This document shows, one piece after another, positions 29,701 through 37,429 of a stretch of DNA of 64,000 nucleotides (the stretch's first letter is position 1; each line of letters starts with the position of its first letter). Where the stretch lies: the NCBI GenBank assembly GCA_013289145.1, contig JABDAM010000004.1:20635-84634 (forward strand), read 5' to 3'. The DNA comes from Alphaproteobacteria bacterium (GTDB lineage: Bacteria > Pseudomonadota > Alphaproteobacteria > UBA11073). The translations under genes and the position numbers were made by a program. Under the pieces are notes generated by a model, which worked only from the letters and a program-made list of their open reading frames with translations, ran no database searches and was not told where the DNA came from.

Positions 29701-29906
29701 GCGTCTGCCTCCGCTTTAATGCGGGCTTCTTGAGCGGCCTGTTGGGAGGCTTCATTCCGGGCAAAGATTTTACGGCCCAAATTAAGCCATTTCGCGACCT
29801 GACTGGCCGACATGCCCACAGGCGGGTTCAAAGGGTCAATCGAGCCAGCCCCCCCCTTCTTTTCCAAAGATTCACCTGTATTCGATGGTTTATCATTATC
29901 CGTCAT
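26706..29906 (-). CDS. DotA/TraY-family polytopic membrane protein (type IVB secretion-associated)
   Basis: ORF reaches 29969, but the ATG at 29906 (MTDNDKPSN) has GGAAGG upstream. The block IDAIFG...LGAM...AETARTGVPFGKNFNHVWAPIRLIVALGLLVP...GLNSGQWMILSLAKWGSAQATQVW matches my recollection of the conserved DotA/TraY N-terminal core. Many TM helices and a Gly/Ser/Thr-rich central domain. Confidence 0.6.
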   Translation of the reverse strand: MTDNDKPSNTGESLEKKGGAGSIDPLNPPVGMSASQVAKWLNLGRKIFARNEASQQAAQEARIKAEADAAARAHTAELKAARIAAVRASAEETSPKKVSGGQVAAFLWMPQINLSLRGLALPLALLVQTFAQILAAVSLIPPDHPALTFSGAKKFRLFQLMEEAKINLPPAKLMWAGIKTNARDEAAAAARVFVTRQYVVFISAIGVLVSGSLTIIVGLMRVMFGVAHAYAQGAPTSGGGANSGTLAGINSMPANTDLASAYIDAIFGTGTGSSAPSAITKSLGAMLQFYSSTVLIFAGIIVLWIVISAVAETARTGVPFGKNFNHVWAPIRLIVALGLLVPLSSTGLNSGQWMILSLAKWGSAQATQVWSTFADSMVGTNGGGGGGTSTSTGIASLPLDLNSNQVFAQNLFQVLLCQAVNDTYNTNSKISTKTTTVGAMGSVQSVGPTGTTPTQLPPSATLPSTTAFTSSGGVNCGSYTVQVPNPASANSGSGCPGGANSSGCIQAAVGPTQQAIMSTQSTATQNLVTALTPLANEIAQDALKQVIPGGTDGWTLDQQAEYAKFQSAFTNNGSGGYMDQLQSSLKTALGTYNASLDQQLKQMAKVHGWIYSPIWLASIAAANGQVGDTSRLVPSVSTPIIVSEGAPFSDPTGKNMWIAAQNFVKTWEPSNVSALNSPTGKAGSFIQNALTNMTNDIGGNPLGRIGVYGQEFLEMGFKLILPPEVVKCYDNPGYDQPVTATNPNGTPSPCSFVLTDSGYSNDADGLKSYKNQTHLGGGGATVLPNPAVDQGLRDKLEALTASETTTRSVLYPLGMILISFGFTAYILTLIPLTRFVLGILGWFLLLFEAVLAAPLVSLSLLKTDGEGFAPQQFQSAMTMLLGVIIRPMLMVFGLVLGLIAFNAIIQIANLLFVPTVVNLNTTSDSSYLSLGVYIIFYGTLAYTLANSAFKAIDLLPNFVMGWIGQRMESRADDAIMVQQQASGYMQTLAYSARGGLDSWGQKLQAETSWQKANDTYQANLAKGIKDPIQNPSPGQEPYPEMSAMAKQVRTNRQTRQQGSLGKTGGH

Positions 29907-30064
29907 GGCTATGCCTTCCCGCGCTATTCCAGCAAATTTAACTGAATCGCCCCTACCCGCACCACTCATAAAATTTTACCAAATTTGTGTGAATATTCAG
30001 TTACGGCGAATTAACACCTAAACGCTTGCCAAATCGGGTGATTTTTGTCTAAATGCGCCGCAGT

Positions 30065-30139
<75 letters not shown>

Positions 30140-30252
30140 CTCTCGAGTCCGAGGACGTCCCAAGAAGTCCGAAAACACCAATGAATACAAGGGTATTTTG
30201 GCCATTTAGCGTCCCAGGACGTCCGGGGAAGTTCCTTGACATCCGGTATAAT

Positions 30253-30304
30253 TGGGGGTACCTCAGGGGGTCTCCGACTTCTTGAAATCAGAGGTACCCC
30301 CATG
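30253..30304 (+). promoter_or_regulatory. hairpin enclosing the integrase SD and abutting the start codon
   Basis: GGGGGTACCTC (30253-30263) pairs perfectly with GAGGTACCCCC (30290-30300). The GAGG Shine-Dalgarno lies inside the 3' arm. ATG at 30302. Confidence 0.45.
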
Positions 30305-31501
30305 CCGCTTTCCGATACCGCCATACGAAATGCGAAGCCAAAAACGAAGCCTTATAAGCTTCCTGACAGCGGTGGACTCTATCTGTTGATCCATCCATCG
30401 GGTGGAAAACGCTGGCGGTATAAATATCGTTGGCTCGGTAAAGAAAAACTGTTGGCGTTTGGAACTTACCCAGATGTTAAATTGGTGGAAGCCAGGGAAG
30501 CGCATGCGAAAGCGCGAAAAATACTGGCGGCGGGTAATGATCCAGGCGAAGCCAAAAAAGAGGAAAAACGTCAAGTTGCAATTAACCACGAAAATAGTTT
30601 TGAAGCCATTGCGCGCGAATGGCATGAAAGCCGCAAGGAAATTTGGACCCCGCGCTATGCGGAATTTATGCTGAAACGCCTCGAAGCTGATGTTTTCCCG
30701 AAGCTAGGCGCTCGCCCCATCGCCAATATTAGCGCGCCCGAACTACTGTCTGTTTTGCGTCTGATTGAAAAACGCGGTGCTCTAGAAATGGCCCAGCGCG
30801 CCATGCAGACTTGCAGCCAGATTTTTATGTTTGGGATTGTGACAGGCCGCGCGAAGGATAATCCGGCAATTAATCTCAAGGGCGCGCTCAAAACACCGAA
30901 GAAAAAACATTACGCGCACCTGGATGCTGTCGATCTGCCCGAGTTTTTCCAAAGGCTGGAAACTTATGACGGCAATATTCAAACTAAACTAGCACTGAAA
31001 CTGCTGGTACTGACCTTTGTTAGGACTGCCGAATTGCGCGGGATGCAATGGCCTGAAATTAATTTTGACAAGTCCGAATGGCGTATCTCTGCTGAACGGA
31101 TGAAAATGCGCACAGCGCATATTGTGCCGTTGTCCGAACAAGCCGTGAAAATATTGCAGGAAATGAAGAAATATACGGGTTCCTGGAATTACGTATTTAC
31201 CAACCAATTCAAGCCGATCAAATGCATGAGCGAAAATACCATTTTGTATGCTCTTTACCGTATGGGATACCGGGATCGCGCAACCGGTCACGGTTTCCGC
31301 CATACCGCATCAACGATTTTAAATGAAAACGGTTTTAAGGGGGATGCGATTGAGCGTCAGTTGGCGCATATGGAGCGCAAAAAAGTTCGCGGTGTTTATA
31401 ATCACGCGGAATACTTGCCAGAACGCAAAAAAATGATGCAATGGTGGGCCGATTATTTGGACGAAGCCAGTGAAGAAATCCATTCCAAGGAAGGCCGATA
31501 A
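30302..31501 (+). CDS. int: P4-type tyrosine integrase
   Basis: N-terminus MPLSDTAIRNAKPKTKPYKLPDSGGLYL (DUF4102-type) and C-terminal HGFRHTAST...RQLAH...YNHAEYL catalytic region. Start chosen by similarity to the second integrase (ORF track starts at 30236). Confidence 0.9.
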   Translation: MPLSDTAIRNAKPKTKPYKLPDSGGLYLLIHPSGGKRWRYKYRWLGKEKLLAFGTYPDVKLVEAREAHAKARKILAAGNDPGEAKKEEKRQVAINHENSFEAIAREWHESRKEIWTPRYAEFMLKRLEADVFPKLGARPIANISAPELLSVLRLIEKRGALEMAQRAMQTCSQIFMFGIVTGRAKDNPAINLKGALKTPKKKHYAHLDAVDLPEFFQRLETYDGNIQTKLALKLLVLTFVRTAELRGMQWPEINFDKSEWRISAERMKMRTAHIVPLSEQAVKILQEMKKYTGSWNYVFTNQFKPIKCMSENTILYALYRMGYRDRATGHGFRHTASTILNENGFKGDAIERQLAHMERKKVRGVYNHAEYLPERKKMMQWWADYLDEASEEIHSKEGR

Positions 31502-31512
31502 CCTTGCCAGAA

Positions 31513-32124
31513 TTAGGGCAACCCAATTCGTGCCAAGAAGCTAGTGAATCTTTGGCTAACATCTTCTCTATGCAATTCCGAAACGCTGCATATATACTTT
31601 TCTGAAAAAAGGCGTCTAAGCTCTTCTACATCAACTGAAAAATAATGCTTGAAATCAATAATCGAGGGGACGATAGCCACATCGGTTGGAAAATTTAAAT
31701 AATGATATCTCGGATTAGAATTATTTTGCAAAGGGTTCATTACACTATTTGATTTTCTGTCGAAGGTTCGCATTGTCATTGACAGTTCTGATAAATGCTC
31801 TCCAGTATACACATGCTCTGCATTGTAAAGAGGTGCGACTAAAACCGAGAGAAGGTATTTATCCTGATTGGGAATGCCTGGCTCTGATCTGAACCTATTG
31901 TCCTGTTCTAAATCACAGTCTTGTGTTAATACAATGATAAGAGGAAAGGAGATTTTATGTATCTCTATATTCCCCTCACTTTCAGAAACAGATTGAATTA
32001 GGTCCACATTCCTAAAAATATCTCCCTGGGATATTCTTTGAATATTTTTTATTTCAACCTTAGTCGTTCTAATCATTGACAATCCTAGCACGCACGACAA
32101 TTTTCCTGGGCTTGGAAATGCCAT
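31513..32124 (-). CDS. hypothetical protein
   Basis: ORF 31513-32142 begins with TTG. The first ATG is at 32124 and another at 32076. Features ISQGDIF...IIVLTQDCDLEQD. No family recognised. Confidence 0.45.
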   Translation of the reverse strand: MAFPSPGKLSCVLGLSMIRTTKVEIKNIQRISQGDIFRNVDLIQSVSESEGNIEIHKISFPLIIVLTQDCDLEQDNRFRSEPGIPNQDKYLLSVLVAPLYNAEHVYTGEHLSELSMTMRTFDRKSNSVMNPLQNNSNPRYHYLNFPTDVAIVPSIIDFKHYFSVDVEELRRLFSEKYICSVSELHREDVSQRFTSFLARIGLP

Positions 32125-32252
32125 ATTTCTTTTCAGATACAACTATCTTGTTATCTATGTTGGGCGGCTTTTTTTCTATTGGCTCTGTTGCAGAGCCAGG
32201 AAAGTATTTAGGGTCAAAGGGTTGTGGTAACTCGTTCGCCATTGCAAGCAAC

Positions 32253-33053
32253 CTATGAATTGTCTTCTGCATTCATAATTTTACGCGTATCGTCCAATAT
32301 AGCACTCTCAAAAATCTTTTGTATTCTACTATGTGCTTTTTTTGCACATTCTTTCATTTCAAGCTTGCCAAAGGCACCAATTGAATACCCATCTAAATCA
32401 AGCACAAACTGTTTCTGCCGTATTGGTGCTGGGTAATCAGGGTTTGAAATTCCATACTGGAAAGTAATAAACTCGCCGTCGAAATTAAATTCGAGGACGC
32501 TAAATGCACGTGAAATTTTTTCTTTTTCTGTATTAGCAAAATCTAAACTAGATAGAAGTGATTTATTGATTAACTTATTCCATACTAATGGATTTTTTGC
32601 GACTTTTTGTTCAATAACATTTATATAGCGCAAGCCTACCCGGTTTATATGAAGATTGGGGTATAAGCGAAATAATTCATCTACAGATGGGTAAATATTC
32701 TCCTGAAAATTCTCAAAACTTGTATATTTACGGAAGCTTGCAATGAAGGTATTCTGATTTAAGACTAAAGTTTTATCTCTATTTATTCCATGATAAAGCC
32801 AATCCCTCATTTCGGTTTGAGATGCTTGAACACTAATATTAGATGGTTCTTGGGCATTATTAGATATAGCAACTGAATGAGCTTGAGTTTTTCTCGGTTC
32901 CGCAATTGGAAATTGTCCAATAATTATATTTGCAAGACTTTGCGGCAATGAATCTGCAAACTCCGTAATGGGGGTAGGGAAATCTAACTTTAGAACCACT
33001 TCACGTATAAATGGCGCTTTATAGCTGATTGCGTCGTAGTTAGTTTCGTCCAT
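32253..33053 (-). CDS. hypothetical protein (possibly TIGR04255-like family)
   Basis: ATG at 33053 with GGGGA upstream. The N-terminal YKAPFIREVVLKLDF resembles my recollection of the TIGR04255 family N-terminus. This is unverified. Confidence 0.45.
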   Translation of the reverse strand: MDETNYDAISYKAPFIREVVLKLDFPTPITEFADSLPQSLANIIIGQFPIAEPRKTQAHSVAISNNAQEPSNISVQASQTEMRDWLYHGINRDKTLVLNQNTFIASFRKYTSFENFQENIYPSVDELFRLYPNLHINRVGLRYINVIEQKVAKNPLVWNKLINKSLLSSLDFANTEKEKISRAFSVLEFNFDGEFITFQYGISNPDYPAPIRQKQFVLDLDGYSIGAFGKLEMKECAKKAHSRIQKIFESAILDDTRKIMNAEDNS

Positions 33054-33254
33054 TGTGTCCCCGCCAAACTTTCTAGTTAGCAAATTTCATACCACACAGC
33101 GTAGCAAAGTCTATAAACCTAAAAAACAATTTTATCTGATCTGGCAATCATTCTCTTGTATTTTTGGCCAGAGATCATTAATCGTAAAAGTTAATAGGCG
33201 TTGGTTGCATGGGGTTTAGCGACAAGATATAATGCTCGGGACGGGGAACCACCC

Positions 33255-34766
33255 ATGAACGTACTAAACCAGCAGGCAGGTTTTATCCTGCTCTTTGTCT
33301 TTGCGGCAGTGATGATTTTTATCACATCATTCGCGTCACGCGGCAAAATCTGGCACACCGCGTCCGGTTTTATGGCTGCGGGCCGGAATGTTCCATGGTG
33401 GCTGGGCGCAATTTCTATCGCTGTTACTTGGATTTGGGCACCCGCACTGTTTGTCAGCACACAACAGGCATATCAGCAGGGTATCCCTGGGCTGTTCTGG
33501 TTTGTGTTTCCGAATATGTTGAGTCTGATGGTCATTGCCCCATTGGCTGTAAAAATCCGTGACTTATTACCTGCGGGCTACACCCAACCCGAATGGATTG
33601 AAAAACGATTTGATAAAGGCACCCGCAATTTATTCTTGGTGCCCTTCTTTTGGTATCAGGTAATGGCCGTCACAGTGCAACTCTACGCGGGCGGTAATAT
33701 TTTTTCATTGCTGACAGGTGTTCCGTTATTCGCGGTGATGACGGTTCTCGCCGCAACAACACTGATTTACAGCCTGATTTCCGGTATGCGCGCATCCATT
33801 GTCACGGACTTTCTGCAATATGGCCTTATCCTTATCGCAATCATTGTAATTGTGCCCTGGACGATTTCAGCGGCGGGCGGTGCACAAGCAATCCTTGGCG
33901 GCATTGGCGGCGTGACAGGTGAACATAAAAGCCTGTTTGACGCGCAAGTTGCCTTCAATTTCGGCATCGTGACCAGCATCGGTTTGATATCAGGCTCATT
34001 GTCAGACCAGCAACATTGGCAACGGGCATTTGCCATTAAAAAATCCGGCCTTATCCGCGCTTACATCGTCGCGGGTTTGTTATTCGGCATTGTGCCGATA
34101 GCCATTGCCTTGCTCGGCTTCATCGGCGCAAATCCGGCGTTCGGAATTTCACTGCCCGCCGGTGTGGATGCATCCATGATTGGCGTTGCGGTGGTTCGGC
34201 ATTTTCTACCTGCGTGGGCGGTAATTGCTTTTCTGGTTATGATGCTGGGCGGCCTGTGCGCGACACTTGATTCCGGCATGTGCGCCGCCGGTGCGTTATA
34301 CGCCATGAATTGCACGCGCTATTCTTACGAAGAAATGCAGGTGCACGAAAAAGATGCACGCGGCGAACCGCTTACCGTAGCAGAAGAAACCATCAAAGGC
34401 ATCCTAGACCAGAAAATTATCCAGCGCGGGCGGCTGGCGATGGTTGGGGTTACGCTTATAGGATTTCTGATTGCTGCGCTGGTAGTTGAAATTCCCAGCT
34501 TTGGTCTCAAATACCTCTGGTGGGTGTTCAACACAATTGCCGCCTGTGTTGCCGCACCGATTGTTTTGAGTTTCTATTGGAAGCGGGTCACAAGCCTGGG
34601 CGTGAAGGTCGGCGTTACCATTGCGCTTGTCGGCGGCATCCCATTATTCGTTTACAGCAATTTGAATGACATGATTGGGCTGACTGTGGCATCCTCGGTC
34701 GGCATCGTTGCCGTAACGGTTTTGAGTATGTTGGTGTTTCAATCCAAAGAACAGCATCCCATATAA
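33255..34766 (+). CDS. sodium:solute symporter (SSF) family transporter
   Basis: About 500 aa with roughly 13 hydrophobic helices. FMAAGRNVPWWLGAISIAVTWIWAPALF is typical of SSS-family N-terminal helices. Confidence 0.7.
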   Translation: MNVLNQQAGFILLFVFAAVMIFITSFASRGKIWHTASGFMAAGRNVPWWLGAISIAVTWIWAPALFVSTQQAYQQGIPGLFWFVFPNMLSLMVIAPLAVKIRDLLPAGYTQPEWIEKRFDKGTRNLFLVPFFWYQVMAVTVQLYAGGNIFSLLTGVPLFAVMTVLAATTLIYSLISGMRASIVTDFLQYGLILIAIIVIVPWTISAAGGAQAILGGIGGVTGEHKSLFDAQVAFNFGIVTSIGLISGSLSDQQHWQRAFAIKKSGLIRAYIVAGLLFGIVPIAIALLGFIGANPAFGISLPAGVDASMIGVAVVRHFLPAWAVIAFLVMMLGGLCATLDSGMCAAGALYAMNCTRYSYEEMQVHEKDARGEPLTVAEETIKGILDQKIIQRGRLAMVGVTLIGFLIAALVVEIPSFGLKYLWWVFNTIAACVAAPIVLSFYWKRVTSLGVKVGVTIALVGGIPLFVYSNLNDMIGLTVASSVGIVAVTVLSMLVFQSKEQHPI

Positions 34767-34900
34767 TTTGGCATCTATATTCTGCTCAATCTGCTGGAGT
34801 ATTCATAATAGGCTTGGCGAGGATATCTCGCATTCCACACTACCGTTCCCCTTTGGCGTAAAGAATCCTCGTAATTCTCTGTCGATGAAAATAAATTTTT

Positions 34901-34931
34901 CTTTCGGACGTTATGGGACGTCCTCGGACTC
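34901..34931 (-). repeat. inverted copy of the Island-1 attL-proximal sequence
   Basis: The reverse complement GAGTCCGAGGACGTCCCATAACGTCCGAAAG matches 30145-30176 (GAGTCCGAGGACGTCCCAAGAAGTCCGAAAAC). The adjacent 34932-34950 resembles a degenerate tRNA 3' end. Confidence 0.7.
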
Positions 34932-35005
34932 TTGCGTGGTGGGCGCTGCTCTTGCCAGTATAGAAAAAAGATACAAATAATCTAGCGTTAATACCCACTA
35001 AAGTT

Positions 35006-35040
35006 GCGGGCAGGATATGCAATGTTGGCCAACATGCGTT
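35006..35040 (-). other. oriT candidate (IncP / T-DNA-border-like nic core plus palindrome)
   Basis: The minus strand reads ATGTTGGCCAACAT (14-bp palindrome, 35022-35035), then TGCATATCCTGCCCGC. TATCCTGCCCG matches the RP4 nic region as I recall it. The plus strand GGCAGGATAT matches the T-DNA border core. It lies immediately upstream of mobC and the relaxase gene. Confidence 0.55.
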
Positions 35041-35114
35041 GGCGCAACCTTGCGTGTCTTATTCGCCTGCGGCTCAACGACATTTTGCGCTTTGCGGGAA
35101 AGGTTTGGGGTTGC

Positions 35115-35468
35115 ATGACGACAAAACAATTATCACGGCAACGCGTGCGGCGTCTGCGCGTGTTGGTGCTGCCGGATGAGGAAGAGGCCATCAAGGCGAA
35201 TGCCGAGCATTGCGGTCTGAGCGTATCGGCTTACCTGCGGAAGCTTGGCTGCAATTATTTTCCCAAATCCGTGCTGGACTACCGCGCAGTGGTAGAACTC
35301 TCCAAACTGAATGCCGACCAGGGACGATTGGGCGGTCTGCTCAAGATGTGGCTGTCCAATGATGAACGCTTTGAAGGCGGCCAGGTCAGCCGCGTAGATG
35401 TGCAGCGGCTGTTCCAGGACCTGACGGCGAACCAGCGGGCTTTGTCGGACACGGTGAAAAAACTATGA
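35115..35468 (+). CDS. mobC: MobC-type relaxosome accessory protein
   Basis: RLRVLVLPDEEEAIKANAEHCGLSVSAYLRKLG is the typical MobC ribbon-helix-helix segment. The stop overlaps the relaxase start (ATGA). Confidence 0.75.
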   Translation: MTTKQLSRQRVRRLRVLVLPDEEEAIKANAEHCGLSVSAYLRKLGCNYFPKSVLDYRAVVELSKLNADQGRLGGLLKMWLSNDERFEGGQVSRVDVQRLFQDLTANQRALSDTVKKL

Positions 35469-37375
35469 TCCCGAAACGCATCCCGATGCGCAATGTCAAT
35501 GTCAGCAGCTTTAGCAAGCTAGCGGATTATATCACCCACGCCCAGGACAAGCATGAACGGGTGGGAACTATTACGGTCACCAACTGCCATGCAACCGATC
35601 CCTGGTGGGCGGCGCAGGAGGTTGAAGGCGTGCAGCGGCAGAACATCCGCAGTAAGCTGGATAAGACCTATCACCTATTGATCTCCTTCCGTGCAGGGGA
35701 ACAGCCGACGCCTGAAGTTTTAAAACAGATAGAGGAGCGGTTTTGCAAGGAACTGGGCTACGGCGAACACCAGCGCATCAGTGCCGTGCATCATGACACC
35801 GATCACCTGCATATCCATGTCGCGATCAATAAAATCCATCCCGATAAACTGACGGCACTGGAACCTTATTACGACATGCCCAAACTGGGCGCGCTGGCCA
35901 GTAAGCTGGAAATTGAATACGGCCTTCAACAAGATAATCACATTCCGCGCCTGACCAAGAGCGCGGCCAAAGCCCGGGACATGGAACAGTCCGCCGGAAT
36001 TGAAACTTTGATCGGCTGGGTGAAGCGCGGATGCCTGAATGATTTATTGGCAGCACCGTCATGGGAGTCATTGCATGAAGTTCTTGCACACAATCGTCTG
36101 CAAATCCTGCCGCGCGGCAACGGGTTGATTATCACCAACGGCACCGTCGGCGCCAAAGCCAGTTCCATTGACCGGCAATTGTCCAAACATGCGCTGGAAA
36201 AGAGACTTGGCGCATTCCGTGCCAGTGCGGCGCTGGATCATCAAAACGCCAAAGTGAAAGCTGAGTATCAGATCAGGCCCATGGCTTCCAAGGTGAATAC
36301 CACAGTGTTGTGGCAGCAATATCAGCGGGAGCGTGCCGGTATTAAAGCGCGGCAAAGCGGCCCCGAGCGTGATGCCAACGAAGATCGGAAACGCCGCATT
36401 GAAACCGCCAAGCGTGAGGCCCGGCAGCAGCGCAGCCTGTTTCGTTTGGTGAAGGGGCGCTGGGCCAGGAATATGTTGTATTCCCATGCCAACAACAACC
36501 TGCTCAAGAAAATCCGCCGGATCAACGAGGATTACATCAAGAACCGCCGTGAGATGTATGCCGATAGTAAGCGACTAATCTGGTATGACTGGCTTAAGGA
36601 AAAGGCTAAGCAGGGTAATACCCAGGCTTTGGCCGTATTGGCCAACCGTTATGAACGCACCTTGCCGCATAGTAATGCCAATGTGCTCACGGCAGCGGGC
36701 GTAACGATGGTAAGCGGCCAAGTTCCCACGATTAATCTTAAGATTGATAACGTGACCAAGCGCGGCATCGTGCATTACCGTGGCGACCGCCAGATCATCC
36801 GCGATGACGGCAAGGCATTCCGGCTATCCGATAATCTCAGCGACGATCAGCTGAAATCGGTCCTGCAGCTTGCAATCAGGCGCTTCGGCGACAACCTTGA
36901 GGTCAAAGGCACGGAGAAGTTTAAAACCGCCATGATGCAGATTGCCGGCAGCAACCTGTTCAACGTGACCTTCACTGATCCGGCCCTGGAAGCGCAGCGC
37001 AAGAATCTGCGGGCAGAAAGATTATCACAGGTCACCCACAGGCAAGAAACGCCGGAGGGCGTGGCGAGAAAATACATTACCGAGCGCAATGAAAAACGTG
37101 CACGCGGGTTCTCTCATATCTTGCCGCACCGGCCATATACGGACAAGGACATCGGCCAATATGCGTTTGCAGGGCTGAACCGCACGGAAAAAGCCAATCT
37201 GCTGCTGCTGAAAACCCCATCTCAGGAAATCCTGGTCAAGCCGGTGGATGACAAAACCGCCTACCGCGTGAAGTACCTGGATATCGGCAATCAGATTGAC
37301 GTGGCAGCTGATGGTGCCGTGCAAGCACGCGCGGAAGGTCACGTCCGCATGCATCGGCTCGTCAGAACGCGGTGA
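35465..37375 (+). CDS. traI: MOBP-family relaxase (RP4 TraI-like)
   Basis: N-terminus MIPKRIPMRNVNVSSFSKLADYITHAQDK parallels RP4 TraI, with Tyr at position 22. His triad HHDTDHLHIHVAINKIHP. Confidence 0.88.
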   Translation: MIPKRIPMRNVNVSSFSKLADYITHAQDKHERVGTITVTNCHATDPWWAAQEVEGVQRQNIRSKLDKTYHLLISFRAGEQPTPEVLKQIEERFCKELGYGEHQRISAVHHDTDHLHIHVAINKIHPDKLTALEPYYDMPKLGALASKLEIEYGLQQDNHIPRLTKSAAKARDMEQSAGIETLIGWVKRGCLNDLLAAPSWESLHEVLAHNRLQILPRGNGLIITNGTVGAKASSIDRQLSKHALEKRLGAFRASAALDHQNAKVKAEYQIRPMASKVNTTVLWQQYQRERAGIKARQSGPERDANEDRKRRIETAKREARQQRSLFRLVKGRWARNMLYSHANNNLLKKIRRINEDYIKNRREMYADSKRLIWYDWLKEKAKQGNTQALAVLANRYERTLPHSNANVLTAAGVTMVSGQVPTINLKIDNVTKRGIVHYRGDRQIIRDDGKAFRLSDNLSDDQLKSVLQLAIRRFGDNLEVKGTEKFKTAMMQIAGSNLFNVTFTDPALEAQRKNLRAERLSQVTHRQETPEGVARKYITERNEKRARGFSHILPHRPYTDKDIGQYAFAGLNRTEKANLLLLKTPSQEILVKPVDDKTAYRVKYLDIGNQIDVAADGAVQARAEGHVRMHRLVRTR

Positions 37376-37429
37376 AAGACGCTCCGACAGTCTCTCTCAG
37401 GTTAGTGATAGAGAGGTAAACAGATTGTA

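Noticed and set aside
34768-35194. Small ORFs 34768-34980, 34840-35022 and 34988-35194 between the symporter and mobC.
   Set aside because: They overlap one another, the inverted att-like repeat and the oriT candidate. They have no RBS or motif support. The region is better explained as non-coding element DNA.
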